64,000 nt of DNA from Candidatus Cloacimonadales bacterium (GCA_963677495.2 CAXXOU010000004.1:256001-320000), one strand, 5' to 3'. Shown: positions 10,701 to 18,998, numbered from the stretch's first letter. Made by a program: numbers and translations. The notes: a model not told the origin generated them from the letters alone.

Positions 10701-11683
10701 ATGAGTATGTTCAAGGTGCTACGGAAGTAAGTAATGGTTTAAAGCTACTTATAAAAGAAGCAGATAATCAGCAAAGAACTGCCTTTCTACCTGTAAGTTA
10801 CTATTACCTCAACATGCTTACTGATCAGCAGTTAGATTTAGTGATTCCTATCTGTTCATTAGAAGGTGACTTCGATGTTAGTTTAGTCCTGGATGAGAAT
10901 CAGAATTGGTTAAATATAGCAAGCTTAGATAACTGCAATGTTGTTGAAGGAGAAAGGAGTGAGATAAATCTATCAGTTTCAAGTAATGGTTTAGAACCGG
11001 GAGAATATAATACAACTGTAGGGCTAATTTCAGATAACTTAAGTATTCATGGTTTGCAGATACCAATTATCCTTTATGTCTCCGACATACCACTTGATGA
11101 AATGTACAGTATAGCTCAAATGCCAAATATTGACTTCATCCATAATAGTGATACTAATATCACTGACTTCAATGGTTTTATCAAGCTCGAAGACTATTTC
11201 AGAGGGGCAATAATATCTTACAATATAGAACTCAATCCCTTTGCTACTTTTGTTCAGATTGAAGACGGTTTTGTAAGCTTTTCTGAAGACGTAGACCAGA
11301 ATTATAGTGTGTTAATAACTGCAAATTCAGAACAGACTTCTGCGTCTGGTCAGATTCTGATAAGAGCCTTCGAAGATGTAGATGATGAAGATAACGTACA
11401 AACACCTCAGACATTAGGCTTAACCAACTATCCAAATCCATTTAATCCAACTACAACGATCAGTTTCTCGTTAGAAAAGAAAAGCACTATTACATTAAGT
11501 ATCTACAATATTAAAGGGCAGTTGATCAACGAGTTAGCAGAAGATATGTATTCACAAGGCACACACACAATTGAGTGGGATGGTGCAGAAGAAAGGGGTA
11601 AAAGAGTTACTTCAGGTATCTACTTTATCAGGCTAAAAACTTCAGACTCAGAAGTAGTTAGGAAGGTTGCTTTGATAAAGTAG
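7733..11683 (+). CDS. Secreted C25 (gingipain-like) cysteine peptidase with a FlgD-Ig/T9SS-like C-terminal domain
   Basis: Signal peptide; YVVLFGD, IAIGRIS, NYRG, TVTCDTG, NLMGDP; C-terminal NYPNPFNP...YNIKGQ...SGIYFIRL...KVALIK. Confidence 0.85.
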   Translation: MRLTYILFVLMLMMTQFLFAGDILVTNIENSVEVSYSGKDNKDLLLEVPNTGRVNCSWNITLPDGTIYKGMGNSHHHLMSTPAIYRDIRVVALNLFDMSDIESITLMINADNSTLGLNEKNDSNNISKSYNRIYKDNITNYTPQRNTMKDKILYYYPANVQDYVIELGNWKERTGFDVVYRPLNDVTNNTAWIQDSIQQEYDSDYPPSYVVLFGDVDGDYSIPTFWYDYATGSAEGDHPYTLLEGDDPIEDIAIGRISFSSTSELATIINKIIMYEGMQYVPLGWQNRVLLVSDTDESGITTLTTNQYVKEIMTEYNPDFEFIELIGTDPSVSLVTANLNMGISYFNYRGFLGMSGWDAYEAFDLLNGPRLPIVSTVTCDTGSFGNGLSRTEAFLRAGTPQLPAGAVASFGCSTADTHTCYNNLVDASFYEGLFVHDMTTIGEALTYAKNQLFTVYANSQPEMLDYNYQIFNLMGDPTTIALKGSPRQFNVDISSYGGGRTLPVTITGLDGQQYYYSVCSEAEGIIASGYSNEESLTLPVGADSATVKLLVLSDGYKPVEHVVSVGNGATFLFHNTVVAYGDIETDLLYPNIEASIDIECSANNLEYGIFQAEYELINNKGEIIHSGQTEFINNDIACHLNNYLSLPAFSKQQLTDRLLIRCSVECYGNPTFDAEIDVFTGSINISHRFDNTNGIEAILGETTRLVIDMGNPTPNDFTVDWLSSGNEGLQYINTNVIDADTCTQYYNFHCEASLEPNMVHYIPITLQATQYNGIQFSWTEYIEFPVIYRENTSYFDNTGQYSIYTSVMQNAPELINTEWVELNPQLGGAGINTGIVDEIREGDQTVTLDLPFAFSWYGEEFDTISICSNGWISMGETPQITYRNWRFPGPLGPANMIAPFWDDLITTDGGVFTYYDPTNERFIVEWDCKARFDDTIERFQMQMFTSGEVLFIYDDVTAVDDTYQYRHGSYFTTGFEGANSTQGFEYVFGNEYVQGATEVSNGLKLLIKEADNQQRTAFLPVSYYYLNMLTDQQLDLVIPICSLEGDFDVSLVLDENQNWLNIASLDNCNVVEGERSEINLSVSSNGLEPGEYNTTVGLISDNLSIHGLQIPIILYVSDIPLDEMYSIAQMPNIDFIHNSDTNITDFNGFIKLEDYFRGAIISYNIELNPFATFVQIEDGFVSFSEDVDQNYSVLITANSEQTSASGQILIRAFEDVDDEDNVQTPQTLGLTNYPNPFNPTTTISFSLEKKSTITLSIYNIKGQLINELAEDMYSQGTHTIEWDGAEERGKRVTSGIYFIRLKTSDSEVVRKVALIK

Positions 11684-11685
11684 TG

Positions 11686-13122
11686 TTATACTTTAACCCT
11701 TTTCCAACCACCACCCAAATATACAATAAAACTTAAGATAGAGATAAGGAGATTACTGACTACCATAGCCCAGAATAGGCTGTCATAGCTGTATGGTTTT
11801 ACTATATTTGAGAGTCTATCAAACAGATTGGGCATGAGGTTATATATCACAGGGAACTTCTCGTATATTTTACCTGCTAGAATATAGGTCAAAGGAATTC
11901 TGAAGAGCCAAAGTCTTGAGATGTTTAAAAGCATAGTCGGTCTTGTATACCCTGACCCGTTAAAGACTCCATTAAAGACAAAGACAAAGCTAAAGAGGAA
12001 TGTTGCCAATGATGTTATCTTAAACATCCTCGCACCATGTTTTATGACTTCAGGGTCATTTATGAATAGAGAAATAAGTTCACCACCAAAGAAGAAGATG
12101 ATGGAACAACCAAAAGTCATAATCACAACGATAGTACCTAACGCGTGTAAGACACTCTTCTCAGCTCGGTGAATCTTCCCTGCTCCCAAGTTTTGTCCAA
12201 CAATAGACGATAAAGCATTGCTTAAGCCCATTGATGGCATCATGAAAAAACCTGTGAGTCTATTTCCTAGGGAGAATACACTAATAACCAATGTACCGTA
12301 AGTATTAACGAAACCCTGTAGCAGCAAGAAGCCTAAACTGGTTATAGACTGAGATATCGATGCAGGGATGCTTATACTGATAATTGTCTTTAACAATTTT
12401 GGATTGGGGATAAAGTCTTTTGGGTGTGGAATCAGAATTGGTGCTTTCTTCTTTACATAATAAAAGGCTAAGCCTGCACCTAATACTCTGGAAAATACTG
12501 TTGCCCAAGCAGCTCCCATTATTCCGTATGCCGGTAAGAGTCCAAACCCGAATATGGCAATTGGATCTAAGACTATATTACACGAAACTGATATGAGTGA
12601 GATAACCATTGGAGTAATTGTGTCTCCTAAGCCATGTGAGAAACTCTGATAACTCATAAATATGAACATAAACGCCATCCCAATCATGACAATTTGGATA
12701 TAGCTTATAGCGTCAGCTCTAATCGCTTCGGGAACTTGCATTAACACAACAATATTATCAATAAATAGTAAAGCTACTATTAGAAAGACTAAAGTGAAGA
12801 GAGTAAGTAACAAAACAAACTGTCCGGTCACCAGTTTAATCTTCTCAGATTCATTAGCTCCTTTATACCGAGAAACAAGTGCAGTCCCGGCAACCATGAA
12901 TCCAAACCCGAACGCCATAATGGTGAAAACTATCGGGAAAGCTAATCCGACAACAGCAACTGCTTCCAAAGCATCCGTTGGCATTTTACCCAACCAAAAA
13001 GCGTCAGTCAGATTATAGATTGTCTGAATAAGGTTTGCTAGCATTATTGGGAGAGCAAGCTTAATCAGATTAGATAGTATGGGTCCGTTTGTTAGGTCTT
13101 TACCTTGGTTTTGTTCATTCAT
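11686..13122 (-). CDS. MATE family efflux transporter
   Basis: DLTNGPI...LALPI, YNLTD, NIVLDP, GAAWAT, GQNLGAG; about 12 TM segments. Confidence 0.93.
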   Translation of the reverse strand: MNEQNQGKDLTNGPILSNLIKLALPIMLANLIQTIYNLTDAFWLGKMPTDALEAVAVVGLAFPIVFTIMAFGFGFMVAGTALVSRYKGANESEKIKLVTGQFVLLLTLFTLVFLIVALLFIDNIVVLMQVPEAIRADAISYIQIVMIGMAFMFIFMSYQSFSHGLGDTITPMVISLISVSCNIVLDPIAIFGFGLLPAYGIMGAAWATVFSRVLGAGLAFYYVKKKAPILIPHPKDFIPNPKLLKTIISISIPASISQSITSLGFLLLQGFVNTYGTLVISVFSLGNRLTGFFMMPSMGLSNALSSIVGQNLGAGKIHRAEKSVLHALGTIVVIMTFGCSIIFFFGGELISLFINDPEVIKHGARMFKITSLATFLFSFVFVFNGVFNGSGYTRPTMLLNISRLWLFRIPLTYILAGKIYEKFPVIYNLMPNLFDRLSNIVKPYSYDSLFWAMVVSNLLISILSFIVYLGGGWKRVKV

Positions 13123-13236
13123 GCAGTCACTAAATTATCCTATCAGAACTTGACTATCTTTTTCTTTAACTCATTTAACTGAGTCTGACATTAGTCGCAT
13201 ACCCTATCACGGGTTTACCCGTTGTATATTGACATT

Positions 13237-13405
13237 ATATGATTAAATAACAGGATTTGAAAAAGAATAAGGGAAGATGAACAAGCTATATGACCCGTTG
13301 AGTCCACAAACTCGTTAGCCATGTTTAGCCCATCTTCCACTTAGTCTGAACAGTACATTGGGCATTAAAGCCCGTATTTTACAATGATAGACTACTTGTT
13401 CTTTT
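13237..13405 (+). ncRNA. Predicted IS110 bridge RNA (ends approximate)
   Basis: Two stem-loops with internal loops. GGAAGATG/CATCTTCC encloses ATGACCCGT and CCAT (target guides). TAGTCT/AGACTA encloses ACAGTACAT and ACAATG (donor guides). Confidence 0.85.
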
Positions 13406-13426
13406 ATTTTTGTAAAGGAGAATATT

Positions 13427-14410
13427 ATGAAAAAGAAAGTGATTGGAGTAGATGTATCAATGGAGAAGCTAGATATAGTGATTTACGATGGGAATAAGCA
13501 CAAGCATTCGATAATTGATAATACTCCAAATGCCTTTGAAAGATTCTTAAAGCGATTTGCTTCCGGCTCTGTTCATATATTCATGGAAGCAACTGGTGTC
13601 TATCACATTCAGATTGCTGTTAAAGCTTATGAACTAGGTCATAATATCTATGTAGTTAATCCTCTTGTTATAAAGAGTTTTTCTGATGCTATGATGAGTA
13701 GAGCTAAGACGGATAAAGTAGATGCTAAGATGATTGCTGAATATGGATACAAATGTGATTATAGACCTTTTACTCCATCATCAAAAGCAAGATTAGAGTT
13801 GTTGGAACTATTAAGAGACTATAACTATTTAATAGAAATACAAACCAAGATAACCAATCGTATTCATGCATATAAGCATGGTTTACAAGTGTCTAAAGAT
13901 GCTCAAAAAGTTCATAAATCACTACTTAAAGAGATCAAGAAAAACATTTTCATGCTAAAGAAAGCCATCGAACAAATAGTAGTTAAAAGCTATCACAGGA
14001 TATATAATAAACTTATTGCAATCAAAGGTGTAGGAATTATGACTATTGCAACAGTTATTGCTTTTTATGAAGATTTCACAGATTTTGAGACATCAAAACA
14101 AGCTATTTCTTTTGCTGGTATGAATCCACATATTCGGCAATCGGGAAAAAGTCTTAGGGGACGCGGAAGTATAAGTCGAAAAGGTAGCCCAGAGATTAGG
14201 AGAATGCTATACTTAGCTGCGGGAGTAGCCAGGATACATAATCAGTATTTTCAAGAGTTTTACGTCAGATTAAGAAGTAGAGGTAAAAGTTATAAGCAAG
14301 CAATAGTAGCTGTGGCCAATAAGCTTCTACGCCAGATCTTTGCCGTTGTTAAGTATGACAGAGAATGGATACCTAATTATGCTTCATTAAAAGAACAACT
14401 TGGTGCATAA
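13427..14410 (+). CDS. IS110 family transposase/recombinase
   Basis: IGVDVS, FMEATG and KTDKVDA (DEDD); C-terminal domain with RQSG, ISRKG, AVANKLLR. Confidence 0.96.
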   Translation: MKKKVIGVDVSMEKLDIVIYDGNKHKHSIIDNTPNAFERFLKRFASGSVHIFMEATGVYHIQIAVKAYELGHNIYVVNPLVIKSFSDAMMSRAKTDKVDAKMIAEYGYKCDYRPFTPSSKARLELLELLRDYNYLIEIQTKITNRIHAYKHGLQVSKDAQKVHKSLLKEIKKNIFMLKKAIEQIVVKSYHRIYNKLIAIKGVGIMTIATVIAFYEDFTDFETSKQAISFAGMNPHIRQSGKSLRGRGSISRKGSPEIRRMLYLAAGVARIHNQYFQEFYVRLRSRGKSYKQAIVAVANKLLRQIFAVVKYDREWIPNYASLKEQLGA

Positions 14411-14597
14411 CAATCTGAATGTAATAGTATTGTGGACAAGTATCGTTCGGAGATAACTTATCCACAATCCATGCCTAATGGAGCTCTTCACTTAAGCTCC
14501 AATAGTCGTGGTGTGGAATGTGGGTAAGTTAAGATACTTGCCCATGATGCTATGGAATGTAGTCTGATTTAATATTGTTAAATTATAGAATATTTTA

Positions 14598-14603
14598 TTG
14601 ACG
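14598..14603 (+). promoter_or_regulatory. -35 box of the IS110 circle-junction promoter
   Basis: On circularisation, TTGACG lies exactly 17 bp upstream of TATATT (13225-13230). Confidence 0.8.
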
Positions 14604-14813
14604 TGAGATACAGTACATGGTAAATCCGTGGAAAGATATCAGTTTAGTACTACACATCTGTCCCGATTCTGTTTAAACTCAAACAATTCTGGAAAATAAT
14701 TGACTTATATGCTTAGTAAGAAATACTGACATCAAACGAAAAGATAGGTTTAGGTTTTTTAATGGTGATGAAAAGCAAGATTTTAATTCTCAGTTCTAGA
14801 AGGTTTAATAAAT

Positions 14814-14847
14814 AAAGAGCATTTGTCTACAGACAGATGCTTTTTTT
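14814..14847 (+). terminator. Intrinsic terminator just upstream of nadC
   Basis: GAGCATTTGTCT-AC-AGACAGATGCTT stem followed by a T-run. Confidence 0.7.
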
Positions 14848-14860
14848 ATTGGAGTGAAAT

Positions 14861-15682
14861 ATGAATATCAAAGAGCTTGTACAACTTAGTCTTGATGAAG
14901 ATATATTTACAGGTGATGTAAGTACTGATTACCTTGGGCTGGGTAAAAGTACTGCTACAGCTAAGTTTGTTGTAAAGAAATCCGGTGTAATTTCAGGTCT
15001 TGATGTAGCGAAAACTGCTTTTGAATGTGTAGATACAAATACTGACTTTATTGCTCATGTTTCGGATGGTTCCTTTGTTGAAAAGGGAACAGTTATTGCC
15101 TCAATTACCGGGTTGTCTTCATCACTTCTTAAAGCTGAAAGGGTCGCACTTAATTTTATTCAAAGAATGAGCGGTATCGCAACTTTAACTCATGAGTTTG
15201 TAACTGTTCTGGAGGGGACAGGTTGCAAGATTTTAGATACTAGAAAAACAACTCCTTTACTTCGAGAAGTTCAGAAGTATTCGGTGAGAATGGGTGGTGG
15301 ATTTAATCATCGCTTTGGACTCTATGATATGATTATGCTTAAAGAAAATCATATCCGTGCCGCAGGTTCTATTACAGAAGCTGTTAAACTTGTTAAATTG
15401 AGAAACACTTCCTACAAGATTGAAGTGGAAGTCACGAACTTACAGGAACTCGATGAAGCTGTTTTAGCAGGTGTAGACAGGGTTATGCTAGATAACATGT
15501 CATTAGAACAAATGCGAAAAGCAGTTGAACTGTATAAGGGAACTGTTGAACTGGAAGCATCAGGAAATGTAACTCTAAAAACTGTTAGAGAAATTGGCTT
15601 AACAGGTGTAGATTTTATCTCAAGTGGAGCACTAACTCACTCTTATACTTCACTTGATATCAGTATGTTATTTAATGAATAA
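14861..15682 (+). CDS. nadC: Quinolinate phosphoribosyltransferase
   Basis: AERVALNF, DTRKTTP, NHRFGL, MLKENH, IEVEV, MLDNM, EASG. Confidence 0.96.
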   Translation: MNIKELVQLSLDEDIFTGDVSTDYLGLGKSTATAKFVVKKSGVISGLDVAKTAFECVDTNTDFIAHVSDGSFVEKGTVIASITGLSSSLLKAERVALNFIQRMSGIATLTHEFVTVLEGTGCKILDTRKTTPLLREVQKYSVRMGGGFNHRFGLYDMIMLKENHIRAAGSITEAVKLVKLRNTSYKIEVEVTNLQELDEAVLAGVDRVMLDNMSLEQMRKAVELYKGTVELEASGNVTLKTVREIGLTGVDFISSGALTHSYTSLDISMLFNE

Positions 15683-15700
15683 GATATAAAGGGAGCAATC

Positions 15701-16414
15701 ATGAAGAAGCAAATGCTCACACTGGCGAGAATGCAAGCTTTCGATGACAAAATCGGTGATAAGCTGAAGCAGAAAGAGGTTTTACCAAAACAACTTGAAT
15801 CACTGGTATCTGCTGTAGAGGCTGCAGACAAAGAGATGACAGAAGCTAAAGAGATTCTTGACCAGACTCAGGTTGAACAAAAGAACAATGAATCCGCAAT
15901 CCAAGTTAACAAAGATCAGATTGCTAAGTACGCAGTACAACTTAACTCAATCAAGACCAATAAGGAGTACAAAGCTCTAAATAAAGAGATTGAGGGATTA
16001 ACTGCAAAGAATGGAAAGCTTGAAGAAGATATCCTTAAGCTCATGGATGATATTAAAGCTAAAAAAGCAATCTTGAAAGAAAAACAGGATGCTAAGAAAG
16101 CTGCAGAAGCTGAACTTCATTCTCAGGAAGAGGAACTTAAGAAGATGATTACTGCTGTTGATAAGGACATCGAGAAGTTTAAAAATGAGCGTAATACTCT
16201 TGCAAAAACACTTCCTGTCCCACTTACAAGAAGATACATCCTACTTCTTAAGAATAAAAAGAGAAAAGCTGTTGTTTATAATCAGAAGAACGCATGTTCA
16301 GGCTGTGGATATAAGATTCGTCCTCAGGTTCTCCTTGAGCTTGAAGATGAGAACAAACTTCACTATTGTGAAAACTGTTCAAGAATACTTATGAATAAAC
16401 CATCTGATATCTAA
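15701..16414 (+). CDS. Coiled-coil protein with a C4 zinc ribbon (CT398/HP0958-like)
   Basis: KTNKEYKAL coiled coil; CSGC...CENC. Confidence 0.88.
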   Translation: MKKQMLTLARMQAFDDKIGDKLKQKEVLPKQLESLVSAVEAADKEMTEAKEILDQTQVEQKNNESAIQVNKDQIAKYAVQLNSIKTNKEYKALNKEIEGLTAKNGKLEEDILKLMDDIKAKKAILKEKQDAKKAAEAELHSQEEELKKMITAVDKDIEKFKNERNTLAKTLPVPLTRRYILLLKNKKRKAVVYNQKNACSGCGYKIRPQVLLELEDENKLHYCENCSRILMNKPSDI

Positions 16415-16435
16415 ATCAGATTGATTCATACAATT

Positions 16436-16463
16436 AAGCCCGAAGTTAGATTCGGGCTTTTTT
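16436..16463 (+). terminator. Intrinsic terminator
   Basis: AAGCCCGAA/TTCGGGCTT stem plus T-run, between convergent genes. Confidence 0.8.
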
Positions 16464-16480
16464 ATTTATAGTTAATATTT

Positions 16481-18232
16481 TTATTTTAAAAGTACCATCT
16501 TGTATGCTTCGCTGAAGCTACCATTCCTTACTCTTACAAAATATATACCTGATGGCATTGTTGAATTTTTCCTATCTTCTCCGGCCCAATCAATAGCACT
16601 AGGACCTGCTTTTAAACGTTTTCCATCAATCAAATTTGCTACTCTACGTCCTTTGATATCATAGATAGACATGTAAACAGGAGAAGTTTCATCTACAACA
16701 TTGAAACTGATTGTAGTTGATGGATTAAATGGGTTTGGATAGTTCTTCAGCCTTAGTTCTTTTGGTACTACATGTGCATCAGCAATTGAAAGAGGTTCCG
16801 GTGTCATATATCCGGCTTTAATCATCCAGTTGGCTTGCATATAACTCAGGTTCATCCACTGACTCCCAAAGCATGCCCAAGTTCCGTTATTGAAAACTTG
16901 TGGTCCCTGATCCTTCCACACGATCTTGCCTGTTTCATTATTAGTAACTCTATATCCCAAGAAATACTCAGCATCACTATTAATCAGGATTGGCACTTCA
17001 AGATTGTGAGTAAACCATGTATCAGCCTGTAGTACCTCTACATCCTGTTCATAAATAATACTTCCGGGAAGCATCTGCCCTGTAGTATATTCGTAAACAA
17101 ACATTGTTATATCACAACTATCTGTTGTTGTTGGAGCATAGAAAGAGATGTCGGTGAATATCTTTATATCTGTTTCGGGTATATCTTCAGGTAACACTCT
17201 CAATGCAACATTACAAGGATTGGCAGTGTTCAAACTGTGTATTTCATGCGGATCTGTGCAGACAGAGAACTCATAATGATTATCCATTTCAATTAAACTC
17301 AAATCAATATTCGTGTTATCACTATCAATTGTAACAACTTCGGAGGTAAAATGCATTCGATCTCTATAAGCAGTAACTGTATAAGTTCCGGTTGTAAGAC
17401 CGTTAAAGCTAAATAAGCCAGTAGAATCAAGAGTTGTTGTCATTGAAGTATTGCCCTCTAGTACAACTGTTGTACCAGATAAATCGATTCCCGGGCATAC
17501 AACTGAACCTGTAACTTGAAGATTAATATTCTCAAGTACTGCTTGAATAGTTATCTCTGCAGCTTGAACACAATCAGCTAAAGGTAATCCTGCATTTACA
17601 TGTGTGAATCCTGCAGCATAACAGCGATGTGGATCGTCCGGTGATGAATGCTGATCCTGATACCACATACCAAGATACGCCATAAACTCACAAAGATAAT
17701 TTCCCATATCACCATCCCAATCAATCCAGGCATTAATGGTTGTTAAACTGTTAACTGCTTCCATCATCTTTTCCATCGGTAATGTAGAATATCTGTTTGT
17801 TCCAACAGGGACTGTATCATCTGGAGGAGAAGGTGTTGGTTGGTATGGTGCAATATCGTCAGGAACCCAATAGTCATTATTTGTTGCAAGATGCTCAATT
17901 TCCCATGGCCCGGCACCGGCGCCAAAGCTAATTATTGCAACGGGATGTAATGTATCCGCAACTGCCCAAAAGTCTTCCCAAGTATCTTGATAATCTACTT
18001 CAAAGTCTCGCACATTTGGTGGTGGGAAGAATGAGTAGATATCATACCCTAGATTATTCCAGTTAGCTCCATTCCAGCCACTGGGATTTAGAGATGGATC
18101 GGTACTGAACTGCGATACCATTGATCCCGTAGGATCCCAATATCCAGTGACCATTACGTTCGGTAAACGGTCTTCAGAATACAATGCACTAAACATTAAA
18201 ATGCTTATAACAACGAATAAAATCCTTTTCAT
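16481..18232 (-). CDS. Secreted pyroglutamyl-peptidase I (C15)-like protein with a FlgD-Ig/T9SS-like CTD
   Basis: Signal peptide; VMVTGY, WEIE, GNYLCEF, GFTHV; beta-sandwich middle region; NYPNPFNP...SGIYFVRV...KMVLLK. Confidence 0.78.
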   Translation of the reverse strand: MKRILFVVISILMFSALYSEDRLPNVMVTGYWDPTGSMVSQFSTDPSLNPSGWNGANWNNLGYDIYSFFPPPNVRDFEVDYQDTWEDFWAVADTLHPVAIISFGAGAGPWEIEHLATNNDYWVPDDIAPYQPTPSPPDDTVPVGTNRYSTLPMEKMMEAVNSLTTINAWIDWDGDMGNYLCEFMAYLGMWYQDQHSSPDDPHRCYAAGFTHVNAGLPLADCVQAAEITIQAVLENINLQVTGSVVCPGIDLSGTTVVLEGNTSMTTTLDSTGLFSFNGLTTGTYTVTAYRDRMHFTSEVVTIDSDNTNIDLSLIEMDNHYEFSVCTDPHEIHSLNTANPCNVALRVLPEDIPETDIKIFTDISFYAPTTTDSCDITMFVYEYTTGQMLPGSIIYEQDVEVLQADTWFTHNLEVPILINSDAEYFLGYRVTNNETGKIVWKDQGPQVFNNGTWACFGSQWMNLSYMQANWMIKAGYMTPEPLSIADAHVVPKELRLKNYPNPFNPSTTISFNVVDETSPVYMSIYDIKGRRVANLIDGKRLKAGPSAIDWAGEDRKNSTMPSGIYFVRVRNGSFSEAYKMVLLK

Positions 18233-18329
18233 AATAACTCCTGAGAGATTGCTTTAGTAAATGAACCAATATCTTTGTATTAAAGTCAAGAAGTAATTGA
18301 GATTATCACTTAGAGTAGAGCTGAAGCAG

Positions 18330-18625
18330 TCACCATTACGACTGAAAGGAGTTCGGGGAAATGCGACTGATGTGTCACCCTGAGCGCAGTGAATGTAGTG
18401 AACAAAATGAAAGGAGTCGAACCGACGACCAACGGAAGGAGCTCGTAAGCCGATAGGCGCACAACTATCGGGTCGCTCGGATAGCTTTAGTGGATTTCGA
18501 TAGTAATATTGACTTATCTTCATTGTTTTCCTATCGGAAAATTGCTCTTCTTTTGCTGGGAGACTAAAGTTAACGGAGAGTTCCTTCAGCTACATTCGTA
18601 TCCTCATTCCGTTCAGTATGACACT
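18330..18625. repeat. Cluster of REP-like palindromic motifs
   Basis: CGACTGAAAGGA and ACGACCAA(C/A)GG motifs recur near 53320-53360; a related GCGACCGAAGGGAG occurs at about 7090; GC-rich relative to flanks. Confidence 0.5.
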
Positions 18626-18650
18626 CATGGTTATCTGAATAATAATTATC

Positions 18651-18692
18651 TTGACTCAAAGATAGATATATAGTTTATTACCTATATACCTA
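18651..18692 (+). promoter_or_regulatory. Promoter -35 box and probable ArsR/SdpR operator
   Basis: TTGACT at 18651; inverted repeat TAGATATATAG-N8-CTATATACCTA (10/11) immediately before the RBS of the repressor gene. Confidence 0.55.
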
Positions 18693-18705
18693 AGAAGGAG
18701 GTGTT

Positions 18706-18984
18706 GTGTTAAAGGATAATGTCTTTAAAGCCCTGTCAGATCCGAACAGAAGAAAGATTCTTCAACTACTTAAGAATCACGATAATCTGACAGTTGGTGA
18801 TATAGCGAAAGAGTTTTCGATTGCTCAACCTTCAGTAAGTGAGCATCTGAAATTATTAAAACATGCAAACCTTGTGTATTCAGAGAAGAAAGGGCAATAC
18901 GTACACTATTTCTTGAACACATCAGTGTTTGAGGATGTAGTTGCATACTTCATGGATATTATTAATACTAAAGCTACAGATTGA
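18706..18984 (+). CDS. ArsR/SmtB family repressor (SdpR-like)
   Basis: VFKALSDPNRRKIL, SVSEHLKLL, KKGQYVHY; directly upstream of an sdpI-like gene. Confidence 0.9.
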   Translation: MLKDNVFKALSDPNRRKILQLLKNHDNLTVGDIAKEFSIAQPSVSEHLKLLKHANLVYSEKKGQYVHYFLNTSVFEDVVAYFMDIINTKATD

Positions 18985-18998
18985 GTGAAGGAGTATAA

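Larger units (their letters stand above)
13223..14618 (+). mobile_element. IS110-family insertion sequence (IS621-like), apparently intact
   Basis: DEDD recombinase; no terminal inverted repeats; left junction TTTACCC-GT-TGTAT; right junction ACAGTAC-AT-GGTAA; guides complementary to both junctions in the left non-coding end. Confidence 0.9.

Noticed and set aside
13224..13226. GTA shared by both IS110 junctions as a target-site duplication
   Set aside because: The boundaries defined by the RNA guides explain both junctions better; kept only as an alternative.
14430..14530. Chromosomal origin (oriC)
   Set aside because: Only one perfect DnaA box, located inside an IS, with no dnaA-region genes nearby.
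18254..18523. 89-aa ORF
   Set aside because: Overlaps REP-like palindromes and has no recognisable protein features.
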